This document shows positions 31,756-42,940 of a stretch of DNA of 64,000 nt, one piece after another (position 1 is the first letter of the stretch; each line of letters begins with the position of its first letter). The stretch comes from Pseudomonadota bacterium (lineage in GTDB: Bacteria; Pseudomonadota; Gammaproteobacteria; JAKAQQ01), in NCBI GenBank assembly GCA_027365475.1, contig DAHXNI010000080.1:69490-133489 (forward strand), read 5' to 3'. The notes beneath the pieces were generated by a model, which worked only from the letters and a program-made list of their open reading frames with translations, made no database searches and had not been told where the DNA came from. The translations under genes were made by a program, and so were the position numbers.

Positions 31756-32025
31756 TCAGGCCGTGGTAGCCAGGCGACACCCTTCGGGTGAGCGCACGAG
31801 GCGGCCTGAGCGAGTGAGCTCGAGGAGTCGCGCATAGAAGGTGGTCTTGCAAGCGGCGCGCAGTTCAGCTGCGGAGACTGGATGATCGGATTGAGTGAGT
31901 GCGTCGAGGATGCGCTCATCGAGGGAGCTGGGCGATGGGACCTCGGTGAGGATCGTGGTGGCGGCGCGCACTTCCAGCGCCAAGGACTCACCGCGTTGCG
32001 CGAGTTCGAGTTGGATCGGCGGCAA
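31756..32025 (-). CDS. small winged-helix DNA-binding protein (89 aa), tentative
   Basis: ILDALTQSDHPVSAAELRAACKTTFYARLLELTRSGRLVRSPEG resembles a MarR/ArsR-type recognition helix-wing; next to tRNA-Pro; overlapped by a low-complexity ORF in another frame. Confidence 0.3.
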   Translation of the reverse strand: MPPIQLELAQRGESLALEVRAATTILTEVPSPSSLDERILDALTQSDHPVSAAELRAACKTTFYARLLELTRSGRLVRSPEGCRLATTA

Positions 32026-32195
32026 TGCGGGGACTCGCGCCGATCATGGGTGAGGTGCTACCGACGGCGGTGCGGTGGAATGCAGCAGCGCCTGCAAAAG
32101 GGGCGACTGAGCGGGCGGCGTGAGTCCCCCATGAGTCCCAGATGGGCGGATGCCATCCAGCAGACCTGGATTTTGCGCGTAAGCCTTTGATTTAT

Positions 32196-32273
32196 TGGTC
32201 GGGGTGACAGGATTTGAACCTGCGGCCCCTACGTCCCGAACGTAGTGCTCTACCAGGCTGAGCTACACCCCGC
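32196..32273 (-). tRNA. tRNA-Pro (anticodon CGG)
   Basis: rc = GCGGGGTGTAGCTCAGCCTGGTAGAGCACTACGTTCGGGACGTAGGGGCCGCAGGTTCAAATCCTGTCACCCCGACCA; cloverleaf with anticodon loop UUCGGGA. Confidence 0.9.
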
Positions 32274-32335
32274 GGAAAGTGGGACATGTTACCACGGACT
32301 CCGGGATCGGATCGTGATGGATTCCCTTGCGCGGT

Positions 32336-33355
32336 TTAGAACGCGCGACGCACCGAAAACTCGACCAGCTGTTCGAGTGCGGTGCCGTAGGCCGACCCCG
32401 ACAGGGAACCGATGAGTTCGAGCGCAATACGGGCTTCCCGTTCGGCACAGGCACGCGTGTACTCCAAGGCATCCGTGTCCCGTATCGCATTGAGGACAGA
32501 TTCGAGGTGACGCTCACCCCGACTCCGCACGGCCTCTTCCACCTCACGGAGCCGCACACCCGTCGAGACGGCAAGCGCCCGGATCAGTGGCAGGGTCGGC
32601 TTCCCCTCAGCCAGGTCGACACCCACATTCTTGCCGAGCCGCTCCGTCGGTGCGCTGTAGTCGAGCACATCGTCGATCAACTGGAACGCCATGCCCAGAT
32701 GATGCCCGAATCTGGACCATTGTGAGCGGACGTCCACTGCTCCGGCCGCAACAGCCCCGAGTTCGGAAGCGGCCGAGAAAAGTGTGGCAGTCTTGCGACG
32801 CACGACCTCCAGATAACGGGCCTCCGTTGTAGCAGGGTCGTGACAGTGCATGAGCTGCATCACCTCGCCCGAGGCGATGACATTGGTCGCCTCAGCCATG
32901 ATTTCCATCACTTCGAAGCGGCCGAGCGCAGCCATGATCTGAAACGCGCGCGAGTAGAGAAAGTCCCCGACCAGGATACTGGCTTCGTTGCCCCAGAGGC
33001 GGTGCGCGGCACGAAGACCGCGACGGATCTCGGCTTGGTCCACCACATCATCGTGCAAAAGTGTCGCGGTATGGATGAACTCGACCACCATAGCCAACTC
33101 GATATGGTCGAGCCCCCCGTAGCCCAGGGATCGCGCGACCAGCATCAGTAACAGGGGACGGAAGCGTTTGCCTCCACTTCCGATGATATGGGTTCCGATC
33201 CGGTTGACCAGGGGAACATCGGAAAAAAGCCGGATCTCGACTCTCCGGTCGAGTTCCTGAAGATCCCGGAGGATGGGTGCCCGGATCATCTCAAGTTCGT
33301 CTAGAACGAGTGGGGCGGCTGTAGAAACGCTTGGAATACTCATGCGGCGATTCAC
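32336..33355 (-). CDS. ispB: octaprenyl-diphosphate synthase
   Basis: LLHDDVVDQAEIRRG (first DDxxD) and FQLIDDVLD (second) polyprenyl synthase motifs; start may be a few codons inside the ORF. Confidence 0.88.
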   Translation of the reverse strand: MNRRMSIPSVSTAAPLVLDELEMIRAPILRDLQELDRRVEIRLFSDVPLVNRIGTHIIGSGGKRFRPLLLMLVARSLGYGGLDHIELAMVVEFIHTATLLHDDVVDQAEIRRGLRAAHRLWGNEASILVGDFLYSRAFQIMAALGRFEVMEIMAEATNVIASGEVMQLMHCHDPATTEARYLEVVRRKTATLFSAASELGAVAAGAVDVRSQWSRFGHHLGMAFQLIDDVLDYSAPTERLGKNVGVDLAEGKPTLPLIRALAVSTGVRLREVEEAVRSRGERHLESVLNAIRDTDALEYTRACAEREARIALELIGSLSGSAYGTALEQLVEFSVRRAF

Positions 33356-33447
33356 TGGGATCTCGCGTGATTCATGTTGACCTCGCCCCCTGTTCCCCCG
33401 TAAAATAGCCCGATTCGCATTCTTCCAGACTTCGTGGGACAGACAGC

Positions 33448-33765
33448 ATGTTCGCAGTATTGGCTACGGGTGGCAAACAGTATAAGGTGAAACCGGGAGA
33501 TATCATACGGGTGGAGGCGCTCTCGGGCGCGATCGGCGACCCGGTTGACTTCGATCAAATCCTACTCGTTGCGAGCGATGACGGCACCGTCACGACCGGA
33601 CGCCCTTATGTGGCAGGCAGTCATGTCATCGGCCGGATCCACGCAAGTGGCCAGAGCCGGAAGGTGGTCACGATCAAACTGAGACGGCGGAAGAATTCGC
33701 GGCGCAAGGCAGGACACCGCCAGCCTTTCAGCGACATTGCCATCGACCGCATCGAAACCGCATAG
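33448..33765 (+). CDS. rplU: 50S ribosomal protein L21
   Basis: [23 protein letters not shown]... Confidence 0.93.
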   Translation: MFAVLATGGKQYKVKPGDIIRVEALSGAIGDPVDFDQILLVASDDGTVTTGRPYVAGSHVIGRIHASGQSRKVVTIKLRRRKNSRRKAGHRQPFSDIAIDRIETA

Positions 33766-33778
33766 AGGATTTCCAACC

Positions 33779-34042
33779 ATGGCCCACAAGAAAGCAGGCG
33801 GATCTAGCCGCAACGGACGGGATTCCCAGTCCAAACGGCTCGGCATCAAGCATTTTGGTGGAGAGCAGGTACCTGCCGGCGCGATTCTGGTCAGGCAGCG
33901 CGGAACCCGCATTCTGGCTGGCAGCAATGTCGGGGTCGGCAAAGACCATACCCTTTTTGCCCTGGTCGGTGGCCAGGTCGAGTTCAAAAGAAAGCCGCGC
34001 ATCGGCAAAACGATCGTTCACGTCCAGGCCGCGACGGCCTGA
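33779..34042 (+). CDS. rpmA: 50S ribosomal protein L27
   Basis: [28 protein letters not shown]... Confidence 0.93.
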   Translation: MAHKKAGGSSRNGRDSQSKRLGIKHFGGEQVPAGAILVRQRGTRILAGSNVGVGKDHTLFALVGGQVEFKRKPRIGKTIVHVQAATA

Positions 34043-34159
34043 TCTCGCCGCACCGGAGAGATCCGGGAACGGTCGGACCAAACGGATGGCCCTCTTTCCG
34101 CAGACTCAATCCCAGCTGCGGCTCCACTCCACCCTTACCGGTCAGACAGTGCCCCAGCC

Positions 34160-35245
34160 TTGAAATTCGTCGACGAAGCAGTCATCCATGTCCTTGCGGG
34201 AAACGGCGGGAATGGTTGCGTGAGTTTCCGGCGTGAGAAATTCGTTCCGCGGGGCGGCCCAGACGGGGGCGATGGCGGTCGTGGCGGCTCGATCTACCTC
34301 ATTGGCCTGAGTGGACTCAATACCCTGGTCGACTTCCGGGTCCGAACCTTCTGGCGCGCGCGCAGCGGCCATAACGGCTCCGGACGGAACCGAACAGGGG
34401 CAAGCGGCATCGACCTTTTGATTCCGGTTCCACTCGGAACCCTGGTTTACAACCAGGACCACGACGAGATGATCGGTGAGGTCACCCATCCGGACGAACG
34501 CCTACTCGTCGCCCGGGGTGGAGACGGCGGTCTCGGGAATACCCACTTCAAATCTTCGGTGCGGCAAGCTCCGCGCAAAGCCACCCCGGGAGAACCCGGC
34601 GAGGAACGAATCCTTCATCTCGAACTCAAGGTTCTTGCGGATGTGGGGCTCCTCGGTCTGCCCAATGCCGGCAAATCTTCGCTCCTCGCAGCGATCTCGG
34701 ATGCCCGCCCCAAGGTCGGAGACTACCCGTTTACGACGCTCACACCCAAACTCGGGCAGGTTCATGTGGGTTTGGACCAAAGTTTCTTCGTGGCGGATAT
34801 CCCCGGACTCATCGAAGGTGCCGCAGCCGGTCGCGGCCTCGGCATCCAGTTTCTCAAGCATCTGTCGAGAACCCGGCTCCTGTTCCATATCGTCGATCTC
34901 AGCCGGGGGGGACCGGAAGCCCTTGTACGGGATATTGCCGAAATCGAGAGCGAACTCTTGAAATACGATCCGGAACTGACGCGCCGCCCCATCTGGCTTG
35001 TGCTCAACAAAGTGGATCTGATCGAGCGCGAAGAGGCCCTTGCCCTGAAAGCGGCCGTCGCAAGTCTGGACCCGCATCCGGTCAAGCGCCCGCTGTTCCT
35101 CATATCCGCCCGGGATGGATCTGGCGTAGCGGAACTGCTCGAAGCAGCCGCGATCCAGCTCAGATCTCAGGCTGCAGCGCTGCCTGCGGCAGACCTCCCG
35201 TCACAGCCCGCCGAGCCTGAAGCCAACGAGAACGCGCCCCGCTGA
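34160..35245 (+). CDS. obg: GTPase Obg/CgtA
   Basis: MKFVDEAVIHVLAGNGGNGCVSFRREKF... Obg fold; G1 GLPNAGKSS, G3 DIPGLIEGA, NKVD. Confidence 0.92.
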   Translation: MKFVDEAVIHVLAGNGGNGCVSFRREKFVPRGGPDGGDGGRGGSIYLIGLSGLNTLVDFRVRTFWRARSGHNGSGRNRTGASGIDLLIPVPLGTLVYNQDHDEMIGEVTHPDERLLVARGGDGGLGNTHFKSSVRQAPRKATPGEPGEERILHLELKVLADVGLLGLPNAGKSSLLAAISDARPKVGDYPFTTLTPKLGQVHVGLDQSFFVADIPGLIEGAAAGRGLGIQFLKHLSRTRLLFHIVDLSRGGPEALVRDIAEIESELLKYDPELTRRPIWLVLNKVDLIEREEALALKAAVASLDPHPVKRPLFLISARDGSGVAELLEAAAIQLRSQAAALPAADLPSQPAEPEANENAPR

Positions 35246-35311
35246 ACCCAAGTTCAGTGTGCAACGCACAAGGAGTAAAACGCGCCGTGCCGAACTGGCG
35301 CCGGCGATCGT

Positions 35312-35587
35312 TCAGGCGGGATGCGCCGACAATTTTTTGAGGTGGCGGTTCAAACGGGATTTGATACGCGCAGCCTGGTTGCGGTGGATGAGCCCCTTGC
35401 CAACCGCGCGATCCACAAGCGAGGTGGTCTTCTGGTAGGCACCCCGCGAACCCTCCAGGTTTCCACCCGTAAGCGCTTCCCGAACCTGACGGATCGCGGT
35501 CCGGATGGTGGATCGGGCAGCCTGATTGCGCACACGGTGACGCTCAGCCTGGCGGACACGTTTTTTGGCTTGGCGGGTATTGGCCAA
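35312..35587 (-). CDS. rpsT: 30S ribosomal protein S20 (TTG start)
   Basis: MANTRQAKKRVRQAERHR...; start codon TTG as in E. coli rpsT; GGAGA 7 nt upstream. Confidence 0.9.
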   Translation of the reverse strand: MANTRQAKKRVRQAERHRVRNQAARSTIRTAIRQVREALTGGNLEGSRGAYQKTTSLVDRAVGKGLIHRNQAARIKSRLNRHLKKLSAHPA

Positions 35588-35589
35588 CG

Positions 35590-38500
35590 CTATCTCCGGG
35601 AAAAGGAATTCAAGCGTTTATTATCTTCGAGGATCGCCTGCTCTGCAAGCCCACCGCCCGTGATCCCCTGTCCCGACGTCACTTCCTCAGGTACATAAGC
35701 GAGATTCGGGGCCAGCCAGCGCTCCACCCGCTCGATCGATTGACCCTTGCGCCGGGCGTAATCTTCGATCTGATCACGCTGAACCCGGCCCACCGCGAAA
35801 TAATGCGCTTCCGGATGGGAGAAATAGAACCCGCAGACCGATGCGGCAGGCCACATGGCATAGTTTTCGGTGAGCCGGATCCCGATCCGATCCGAAACCC
35901 CGAGCAGGCGGAAAAGAGTTTCCTTTTCGGTATGATCTGGACAAGCGGGGTAGCCTGGTGCCGGGCGAATGCCCTGGTATGCTTCGCGGATAAGACGCTC
36001 CGGGTCCATCGACTCCCCGCGGGCGTACCCCCAAAACTCCCGCCGTACCCGTTCATGCAGTCTTTCGGCGAGTGCCTCGGCCAACCGGTCCGCGAGCGCC
36101 TTGACCAGGATCGCACCGTAATCGTCGTGATCCTGCATGAATCTCTCGACCAGTGACTCGAGACCCACTCCGGCAGTCACTGCGAAAAGACCGATCCAGT
36201 CCGGGATACCGCTCCCGGCGGGGGCGACAAAGTCGGCGAGCGAGCGGTTCGGACGTCCCGGCGGCCGTTCGTCCTGCTGGCGCAGAAAGTGGAAAACCGG
36301 CGCGTCGGCATCAGTGTATCCCGGCACCCGGAGTCGGACATCCTCGTCTGCTAAGGATTCAGCGGGATAAAGACCCATGACGGCCTGGGCGCCAAGACTC
36401 CGATTGTGGACGATCTCCTCGAGCAGGTTCTGGGCATCTTTGAGCAGCTTGAGCGCCTCCTCGCCTTTCACGGGATCCTCGAGAATGCGCGGGTAACTGC
36501 CTTTGAGCTGCCAGACATGGAAGAAAGGCGTCCAGTCGATATAGGGAATCAGCTCCTTGAGGGGGTAGTCCTCAAAGACCAGAAGACCGGGCTGATCCGG
36601 CGTGGGCGGCGAGCTGTTTTCCCAAAGGATGGGGGTTCGGTTCCGGCGCGCAGCCGCGAGAGCAAGCCAGCGTGTCGAAGACCGTTGTCCGGCCTGGACC
36701 GTACGAATCCTTGCATACTCCATCCGGGTCTCCGCAGCGAAGGCTTCAGACTGATTCCCCATGAGCTGTCCGACCACGCCAACCGCCCGCGAGGCGTCCT
36801 TTACATGGATCACGGGTGCTTCATAATGCGGGGCGATTTTAATGGCGGTATGGGTCCGGGACGTGGTTGCCCCTCCGATCAGGAGCGGAATCCGGAGCCC
36901 CGCATGCTGCATTTCCTCGGCCACCCGGGACATTTCCTCGAGTGAGGGTGTAATGAGCCCCGACAGGCCCACGAGATCGACCTTCTCGCGCTGAGCCATC
37001 TCAATGATCGCCCGGACCGGGGTCATCACGCCGAGATCGATCACTTCGTAGTTGTTGCAGGCCAAAACCACACCGACGATGTTTTTCCCAATGTCGTGGA
37101 CATCGCCCTTGACGGTCGCGAGAAGCACTTTCCCCTGGCTTCGGCTCGCGCCGCTCTTTTCCTGCTCGATAAACGGAATGAGGTAGGCAACCGCCTTCTT
37201 CATCACCCGGGCGGACTTCACCACCTGGGGCAGGAACATCTTCCCGCTTCCGAACAGATCCCCCACGATATTCATACCCTCCATGAGCGGCCCCTCAATC
37301 ACGTCGAGCGCACGCGTGAAAGACGTGCGGGCTTCTTCAACGTCGGCTTCAATACCCTCCGCGATGCCCTGAACCAGAGCATGCTTGAGACGCTCACGGA
37401 CCGGTTGATCCCGCCAGGCGGGAGCGGATGCTTTCGTATCCCGGCGCGGATCAAGGGTTTGCGCCCATTCAATCAGGCGTTCAGAGGCATCCGCTCGCCG
37501 GTGGAGCACCAGGTCTTCGACACGTTCGCGCAAAGGCTGGGGAATTTCCTCATAAACCGGCAGTTGACCGGCGTTCACGATCCCGAGATCAAGCCCGGCA
37601 CGGATGGCGTGATACAGAAAAACCGCGTGAATGGCTTCCCGTAACCGGTTATTGCCCCGAAACGAAAAAGAGACATTGCTCACTCCCCCCGAGGTCAGCG
37701 TACCCGGCAGACGCCGTTTGATTTCCGTCACCGACTCGAAAAAATCGAGCGCATAGCGGTCATGCGCCTCAATCCCCGTGCCGATTGCAAAGATATTGGG
37801 ATCAAAGATGATGTCCTCCAGTGGGAAACCGAGCTGGTGGACAAGCAGACGTGCGGCCCGTTCACAAACAGCGACCCGCCGTTCGACCGTATCCGCCTGA
37901 CCGCTTTCGTCGAACGCCATGATCACAACCGCTGCACCATAACGTCGGGCCGCTCGCGCATGTTCCAGAAAGGATTCCTCACCCTCCTTGAGACTCAGCG
38001 AGTTGATCACGGGCTTGCCCTGCACATTCCGGAGTCCCGCTTCGATGATCGACCATCTGGATGAATCGATCATGATCGGAACGCGGGCGATATCGGGTTC
38101 GGTGGCCAGCCGCCGCAGAAACCGCGTCATGGCCGCCTCCCCATCCAGCAGTGCCTCATCCATGTTGATATCGAGGATCTGAGCACCGTTTTCAACCTGA
38201 TCACGTGCCACAACGAGCGCCGATTCCTCATCTCCCGCCAAGATCCATTTCTTGAACTGGGACGACCCGGTAACGTTCGTTCGCTCTCCGACATTGACGA
38301 ACAGACTTCCGGGTCCGATGTTCAGGGGCTCGAGTCCCGCGAGGCGACAGCGGGATTCGATCTGGGGGATTCCCCGTGGCCTCAGATTCCGGCACCCAGC
38401 AGCAAAAGCAGTGATATGTGCGGGTGTCGTTCCGCAACAGCCGCCGACGATGTTGAGCCAGCCCCGCTGTGCCCAATCCGTCATCTCCCGGGCCATGGAC

Positions 38501-39369
38501 TCGGGGGACTCGTCATAGCCACCAAATGCATTGGGTAACCCTGCATTAGGATGAACGCTCACCAGGCAATCCGCGATCCGGGATAGCTCCTCGACGTAGG
38601 GACGCAGTTCGGAAGGCCCCAAGGCACAGTTCAACCCGACACTGAAGGGGCGCACATGACGGACCGAGTTCCAGAAGGCCTCGACCGTCTGTCCGGAAAG
38701 CGTGCGGCCGGATCGATCGGTGATCGTGGCTGAGATCATGATCGGCGTCCGACACCCATCGATTGCAAAGCGGGATTCCAGGGCAAACAAGGCGGCTTTG
38801 CAGTTCAGCGTGTCAAAAACCGTTTCCACCATGATGAGATGCACGCCGCCCTCGAGCAACCCATCGATCGCCTCGGTATAGACCCGGGTCAGGGTCTCGA
38901 AGTCGATGGTTCGCGCACCGGGATCTTCGACGTTCGCTGACATCGATGCCATGCGATTGGTCGGCCCGAGTATGCCCACCACAAAACGCGGCTGATGCGG
39001 GGTTTTTTGGGTCCATTGATCCGCCTCTGCACGCGCCAGTCGCGCAGCTTCACGATTGAGTTCACCGACGCAGCATTCGGTTCCATAGTCTCCTTGGGCG
39101 ATCGCAGTCGAGTTGAAGGTATTGGTCTCGATCAAATCCGCACCTGCCTCAAGATACGCGGCATGGATCCGGCGGATGAGATCGGGGCGGGTGAGTGTCA
39201 GAAGATCGTTGTTGCCCTTGAGCTCGCGGGGGTGGTTCCGGAACCGAGCACCCCGGAAGTCAGCCTCCCCGAGTCCCCATGCCTGAATTTCGGTTCCCAT
39301 CGCCCCATCCAGAATCAGAATGCGTTCTTTGAGGCGGCTCTGGATGAGATCGCGCGTATCCATGCTCAA
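35590..39369 (-). CDS. metH: cobalamin-dependent methionine synthase
   Basis: Hcy-binding (LILDGAMGT), pterin-binding, B12-binding (DxHxxG...; GGATT) and AdoMet-activation domains; 1259 aa; stop 2 nt before rpsT start. Confidence 0.93.
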   Translation of the reverse strand: MSMDTRDLIQSRLKERILILDGAMGTEIQAWGLGEADFRGARFRNHPRELKGNNDLLTLTRPDLIRRIHAAYLEAGADLIETNTFNSTAIAQGDYGTECCVGELNREAARLARAEADQWTQKTPHQPRFVVGILGPTNRMASMSANVEDPGARTIDFETLTRVYTEAIDGLLEGGVHLIMVETVFDTLNCKAALFALESRFAIDGCRTPIMISATITDRSGRTLSGQTVEAFWNSVRHVRPFSVGLNCALGPSELRPYVEELSRIADCLVSVHPNAGLPNAFGGYDESPESMAREMTDWAQRGWLNIVGGCCGTTPAHITAFAAGCRNLRPRGIPQIESRCRLAGLEPLNIGPGSLFVNVGERTNVTGSSQFKKWILAGDEESALVVARDQVENGAQILDINMDEALLDGEAAMTRFLRRLATEPDIARVPIMIDSSRWSIIEAGLRNVQGKPVINSLSLKEGEESFLEHARAARRYGAAVVIMAFDESGQADTVERRVAVCERAARLLVHQLGFPLEDIIFDPNIFAIGTGIEAHDRYALDFFESVTEIKRRLPGTLTSGGVSNVSFSFRGNNRLREAIHAVFLYHAIRAGLDLGIVNAGQLPVYEEIPQPLRERVEDLVLHRRADASERLIEWAQTLDPRRDTKASAPAWRDQPVRERLKHALVQGIAEGIEADVEEARTSFTRALDVIEGPLMEGMNIVGDLFGSGKMFLPQVVKSARVMKKAVAYLIPFIEQEKSGASRSQGKVLLATVKGDVHDIGKNIVGVVLACNNYEVIDLGVMTPVRAIIEMAQREKVDLVGLSGLITPSLEEMSRVAEEMQHAGLRIPLLIGGATTSRTHTAIKIAPHYEAPVIHVKDASRAVGVVGQLMGNQSEAFAAETRMEYARIRTVQAGQRSSTRWLALAAARRNRTPILWENSSPPTPDQPGLLVFEDYPLKELIPYIDWTPFFHVWQLKGSYPRILEDPVKGEEALKLLKDAQNLLEEIVHNRSLGAQAVMGLYPAESLADEDVRLRVPGYTDADAPVFHFLRQQDERPPGRPNRSLADFVAPAGSGIPDWIGLFAVTAGVGLESLVERFMQDHDDYGAILVKALADRLAEALAERLHERVRREFWGYARGESMDPERLIREAYQGIRPAPGYPACPDHTEKETLFRLLGVSDRIGIRLTENYAMWPAASVCGFYFSHPEAHYFAVGRVQRDQIEDYARRKGQSIERVERWLAPNLAYVPEEVTSGQGITGGGLAEQAILEDNKRLNSFSRR

Positions 39370-40304
39370 ACCCGGAGAGACGGAGAAGCCGGATGGCTGG
39401 CCTGGGGTGCTGATTCCACGATCCCCAAAAACCGGCAGATCGCCCGGGTCAGCTCCGGACGGTTGAGCGTGTAGAAATGAAGTGCTTCGACTCCCTCCCG
39501 CTTGAGTGACTGACAGAGTTCAGCCGTCACTTGCGCCCCCACCAACTTGCCCGTTTCCGGATCGTTGTCGAGACCTTCGTAGAGGCGCGCCAACCAAGCC
39601 GGCACCCGGGCTCCGCAGCGGGCACTGATCCGGCCGAGCTGCGCGAAATCCGTGACCGGCAGAATTCCAGGGATGATGGGGATGTGGACTCCGGCGCGCC
39701 GAGCTTGATCGCGGAACCTGAGATAGGTGGCGGGATCGAAAAAATACTGGGTGATCGCCCGCATGGCGCCAGCATCTTCCTTGCGCTTGAGATTTTCGAT
39801 TTCGGCGTGGATCCCGGGGGATTCAGGATGGCCTTCCGGGTGCGCTGCGACACTGACCTCGAAGTCGGCGAAGGATCGGATTCCGGCGACCAGTTCCGCA
39901 GCAAAACCGTACCCTTCGGGGTGAGGTGTAAAGGTACCCTGACCCTCCGGCGCATCGCCGCGCAACGCCACAATATGACGAATGCCTGCATCCCAATAGC
40001 GGCGTAGGATTGTATTAATGTCGCCCCGGCTCGCGCCCACACAGGTGAGATGGGCGGCAGGCCGTAGCGAGGTTTGACGGCGGATCGCCGTCACGATGTC
40101 GTGAGTACGCATGCGAGTGGTCCCGAGTGCGCCGTAGGTTACGGACACAAAATCCGGATCGAGCGGTTGAAGTCGCTCTAGTGCGTGCCACAGCGAACGT
40201 TCGAGTTGGGGATTCCCCGGTGGGAAAAACTCGAATGAGACCTGAAGCTTCAAAGCCCGCCGGACCCGGTCACCGGCCAATGCATCTCTGCTCACGATTG
40301 CCAC
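39366..40304 (-). CDS. metF: 5,10-methylenetetrahydrofolate reductase
   Basis: VSFEFFPP ... HLTC ... [10 protein letters not shown] MetF signatures; ATGA overlap with metH. Confidence 0.9.
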   Translation of the reverse strand: MAIVSRDALAGDRVRRALKLQVSFEFFPPGNPQLERSLWHALERLQPLDPDFVSVTYGALGTTRMRTHDIVTAIRRQTSLRPAAHLTCVGASRGDINTILRRYWDAGIRHIVALRGDAPEGQGTFTPHPEGYGFAAELVAGIRSFADFEVSVAAHPEGHPESPGIHAEIENLKRKEDAGAMRAITQYFFDPATYLRFRDQARRAGVHIPIIPGILPVTDFAQLGRISARCGARVPAWLARLYEGLDNDPETGKLVGAQVTAELCQSLKREGVEALHFYTLNRPELTRAICRFLGIVESAPQASHPASPSLRV

Positions 40305-40560
40305 CTCGTACGGTGCCGTAACCCACAGGTTCCCGCTCCATGGGCACCCTCAACGGGCCGGCCTGAACCCCGGACCATCCGCAAGGCTCCATCCGCCGCG
40401 GCAGCCCATAAAAAAACCCGCTCAGCTTTCGCTACAGCAGGTTCCTTGGGGGTCCCCCGCTTTAGCCGTATTTATTGAGCGCCCGCAAGCTGAGTATCAA
40501 ATCGGCGCTTGAGATCAAGTTAGCTCCCCAAGCGGGATTTGTCAAGCCAGAGCCTCTTCC

Positions 40561-40579
40561 AACAGCAATTCTCAATGTG
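40561..40579. repeat. left terminal inverted repeat of the IS
   Basis: aacagcaattctcaatgtg. Confidence 0.8.
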
Positions 40580-40616
40580 AAGTGACGCCGCTTCGGGACA
40601 GGGTGGCGGTTCGATG

Positions 40617-41588
40617 CTACGAGGCTTGCGTGAGCCTGTGCCGGGCGTTGGGCACCAGCGGGTAGAGCCATATCCGTTTGGGGCTTGCCCCGTGGCGGAG
40701 GTGTTGGCGGTCTTCACGGCCGCGGCCCGTGGTGAGGCCGACATCAATCCAGTTGGCAGCACGGTAGCAATGGCCAGTAAAGCGGGCGGGATCGACCAGG
40801 GTCTCGGCGAGAAGAGGCTGAACACCGTAGGCGGCCGTCCAATCGGTGATGACCGTGCGCAGGGCAAGTGCCAGCACATGGCTCGCGAGGTTTTGAACCC
40901 GCACAGGGGGCAAGATCAGGAAGCGGGAGTTGCAGATGATCTGCTGGAGGCACCGGGCCCGGGTGGCATCGTCCCAGCCGATCCACTGATCACGCTTATG
41001 CAGGCGCCAGGCGGGCGAGGAGAACTGCAGGCAGCCCAGGACCACGGATGCGGGGGCCGTGGTTTGGATCAGGTAGCGGAGATGGGCGCCAAAGGGCACG
41101 CGATGGCCGAGATCATGATGGCGCTCGATCAACGTGCGCCAGAGCGTCCGGTCTCCGGGCGTAGTCACGCGCTGAAGTGCGATCGGCTGCAGGGTGGCCA
41201 GCGGCACGTCGAGCGGGGCCAACTCTGGGTCCGGGCTGACCGGAACCGACGACCCCGCCCCGCGCGGGCGACCGGACCGCAGCGCGGGCAGGCCGATCAG
41301 CCCCGCCTCCTGCATCCGTTCGAGGAGCGCCCGGCATTCGATCGTCTTCGGTTGTCCGTTGGGGCGGTGCCAGTCGAGGAGCTCGCACACCGTCTGCGCC
41401 AACTCATGACGGCTTAAGCGCCCATAGCGTTTCGCCAAGGCGATAATCAGCGACCGTTGCTGCGTCTCGAGTACCTGACCACAAAATCGGACGTCATCCA
41501 GGGGGGTGGTCCTCAACTGCTGTCCGGCGCGTCGATTTCGAGGCCTTTGAGCATAAAATCGAGCAAGGCCTCGAAACTCCCGAAGCAC
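40617..41588 (-). CDS. IS-associated protein, DUF4338-like (same domain family as Druantia DruA)
   Basis: ...LSRHELAQTVCELLDWHRPNG...RFLILPPVRVQNLASHVLALALRTVITDWTAAYGVQPLLAETLVDPARFTGHCYRAANWIDVGLTTGRG; domain assignment from memory, not searched. Confidence 0.6.
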   Translation of the reverse strand: MLREFRGLARFYAQRPRNRRAGQQLRTTPLDDVRFCGQVLETQQRSLIIALAKRYGRLSRHELAQTVCELLDWHRPNGQPKTIECRALLERMQEAGLIGLPALRSGRPRGAGSSVPVSPDPELAPLDVPLATLQPIALQRVTTPGDRTLWRTLIERHHDLGHRVPFGAHLRYLIQTTAPASVVLGCLQFSSPAWRLHKRDQWIGWDDATRARCLQQIICNSRFLILPPVRVQNLASHVLALALRTVITDWTAAYGVQPLLAETLVDPARFTGHCYRAANWIDVGLTTGRGREDRQHLRHGASPKRIWLYPLVPNARHRLTQAS

Positions 41589-42865
41589 AGATACCGGGTC
41601 AACGCCCGGATATCGTCAAAAAAGGTCTGACGGGTGGGGAGACTCGCGCGCAACACCTGGTACTTCCGGCAGATGATCTCCTGCACGGTATGCAGCAGGA
41701 AGGCGAGGAGGTTCAAGGTCGCCAAAAGGGACGAGAGATGGCACTTGCCGTGCCCGAAATTGTGCTCGAAATGGTAGCCCTTGGTCTTTAAGGTGTTGTT
41801 AGCGCCGTTCTCGATACCCCATCGCGCCCGGGCGGCCGCCGCGAGGGCGGCGACATTACCGGAGTGGATCGCGTGCCGCGTGACCCAGGCATTGTGGTAG
41901 GTCGTTTGGCCCGCGGCATCGGTGGTGGTGAGCTCCAGCCAGTTAACGCAAAGCGCGTCCTCGCCGGCTCGTAGCGGCAATTGCGAAGCGAAGCGGTACG
42001 TATCCAGGTAGGTCTTGGGGCCCCGGCGGCGCGTGATCTCATGGGTCATCACGCCCCCCGAACGCGCAAGTCCCTCGACTTCCTCATAGAGCGTGAGATG
42101 CGAACTCGGCTTACAGACAAAAAGGAAGTGCAGGCCGGCCGCCAGGACCGCTTCGCACAACGGCTGGCGGCTGTAGAGGTCATCACCCAACAGCGTGACG
42201 TGCTGATCCCGTAGACGGTCGCCCGTGGCCGCCAGCCAGCGCTTGGCCGCCGCCGTCTCGCAATCCTGCTTGTCGTGGCCGTCCTGCGGGACCATGAATT
42301 CCGGCGCCAGGGGAATCACCCGGCTTAAGCCCGGGGTCACGATCACCGGTGTGATGACCGTGTGCTGATAGCTCACGGCGCCATTTTTGTGCTCGATCCG
42401 GGTGCATTGCGGGCAATGGATGGTGTGGGAGGCGTGGTAGGCCGTCCCATCCAGGGCGATCAGCAGCGTGCCCGGACCGCTGGCGGAGGCATCGAGCGAC
42501 ACCCGAAAGGGGTCGATGTGACCACCGGCGTTCAGGGCCTCAAATATCTGCGTAAAGAGCGGGAACAGGTGAGAAGGCGCCACGGGATCGAGCATCGTGC
42601 GCACACAATTGTCCGTCGGGATCTGGCTCATGCCAAAGAGCGTCTGCGCATTGCTTTGGCCACGGGTCTGCTCCATCGTCCTCTGATAGGCCAGAAACGA
42701 CGGGCTTTGTGTGGTGAACACCGCCAAGGCCGCCAAGGCCGCGTCTTCCATGCGATAGACGCAATTCTTCCCGGTCCGTTTGTCGGGAGCCGCCCGCATC
42801 ACTTCTTTGAGCGATTCCACTAAGACATTCAGACTCAGGGGATTTTCGGTAACACGATCCGTCAC
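41513..42865 (-). CDS. DDE transposase (IS4/IS5/ISNCY superfamily)
   Basis: C-terminal ARARWGIENGANNTLKTKGYHFEHNFGHG = Y-R-E-K signature region of IS4-like DDE transposases; 450 aa. Confidence 0.75.
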   Translation of the reverse strand: MTDRVTENPLSLNVLVESLKEVMRAAPDKRTGKNCVYRMEDAALAALAVFTTQSPSFLAYQRTMEQTRGQSNAQTLFGMSQIPTDNCVRTMLDPVAPSHLFPLFTQIFEALNAGGHIDPFRVSLDASASGPGTLLIALDGTAYHASHTIHCPQCTRIEHKNGAVSYQHTVITPVIVTPGLSRVIPLAPEFMVPQDGHDKQDCETAAAKRWLAATGDRLRDQHVTLLGDDLYSRQPLCEAVLAAGLHFLFVCKPSSHLTLYEEVEGLARSGGVMTHEITRRRGPKTYLDTYRFASQLPLRAGEDALCVNWLELTTTDAAGQTTYHNAWVTRHAIHSGNVAALAAAARARWGIENGANNTLKTKGYHFEHNFGHGKCHLSSLLATLNLLAFLLHTVQEIICRKYQVLRASLPTRQTFFDDIRALTRYLCFGSFEALLDFMLKGLEIDAPDSS

Positions 42866-42940
42866 GCCGCGCTCGCGTACAAGGGCCCAGCGCTGTTATA
42901 CCGCAGACCGCGCCTTTTGTCCAGCCTTCGTGATTATTGC

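Noticed and set aside
31467-31991. 174-aa Pro/Ser/Arg-rich ORF
   Set aside because: Low-complexity translation of GC-rich non-coding DNA. Overlaps the small wHTH candidate in another frame.
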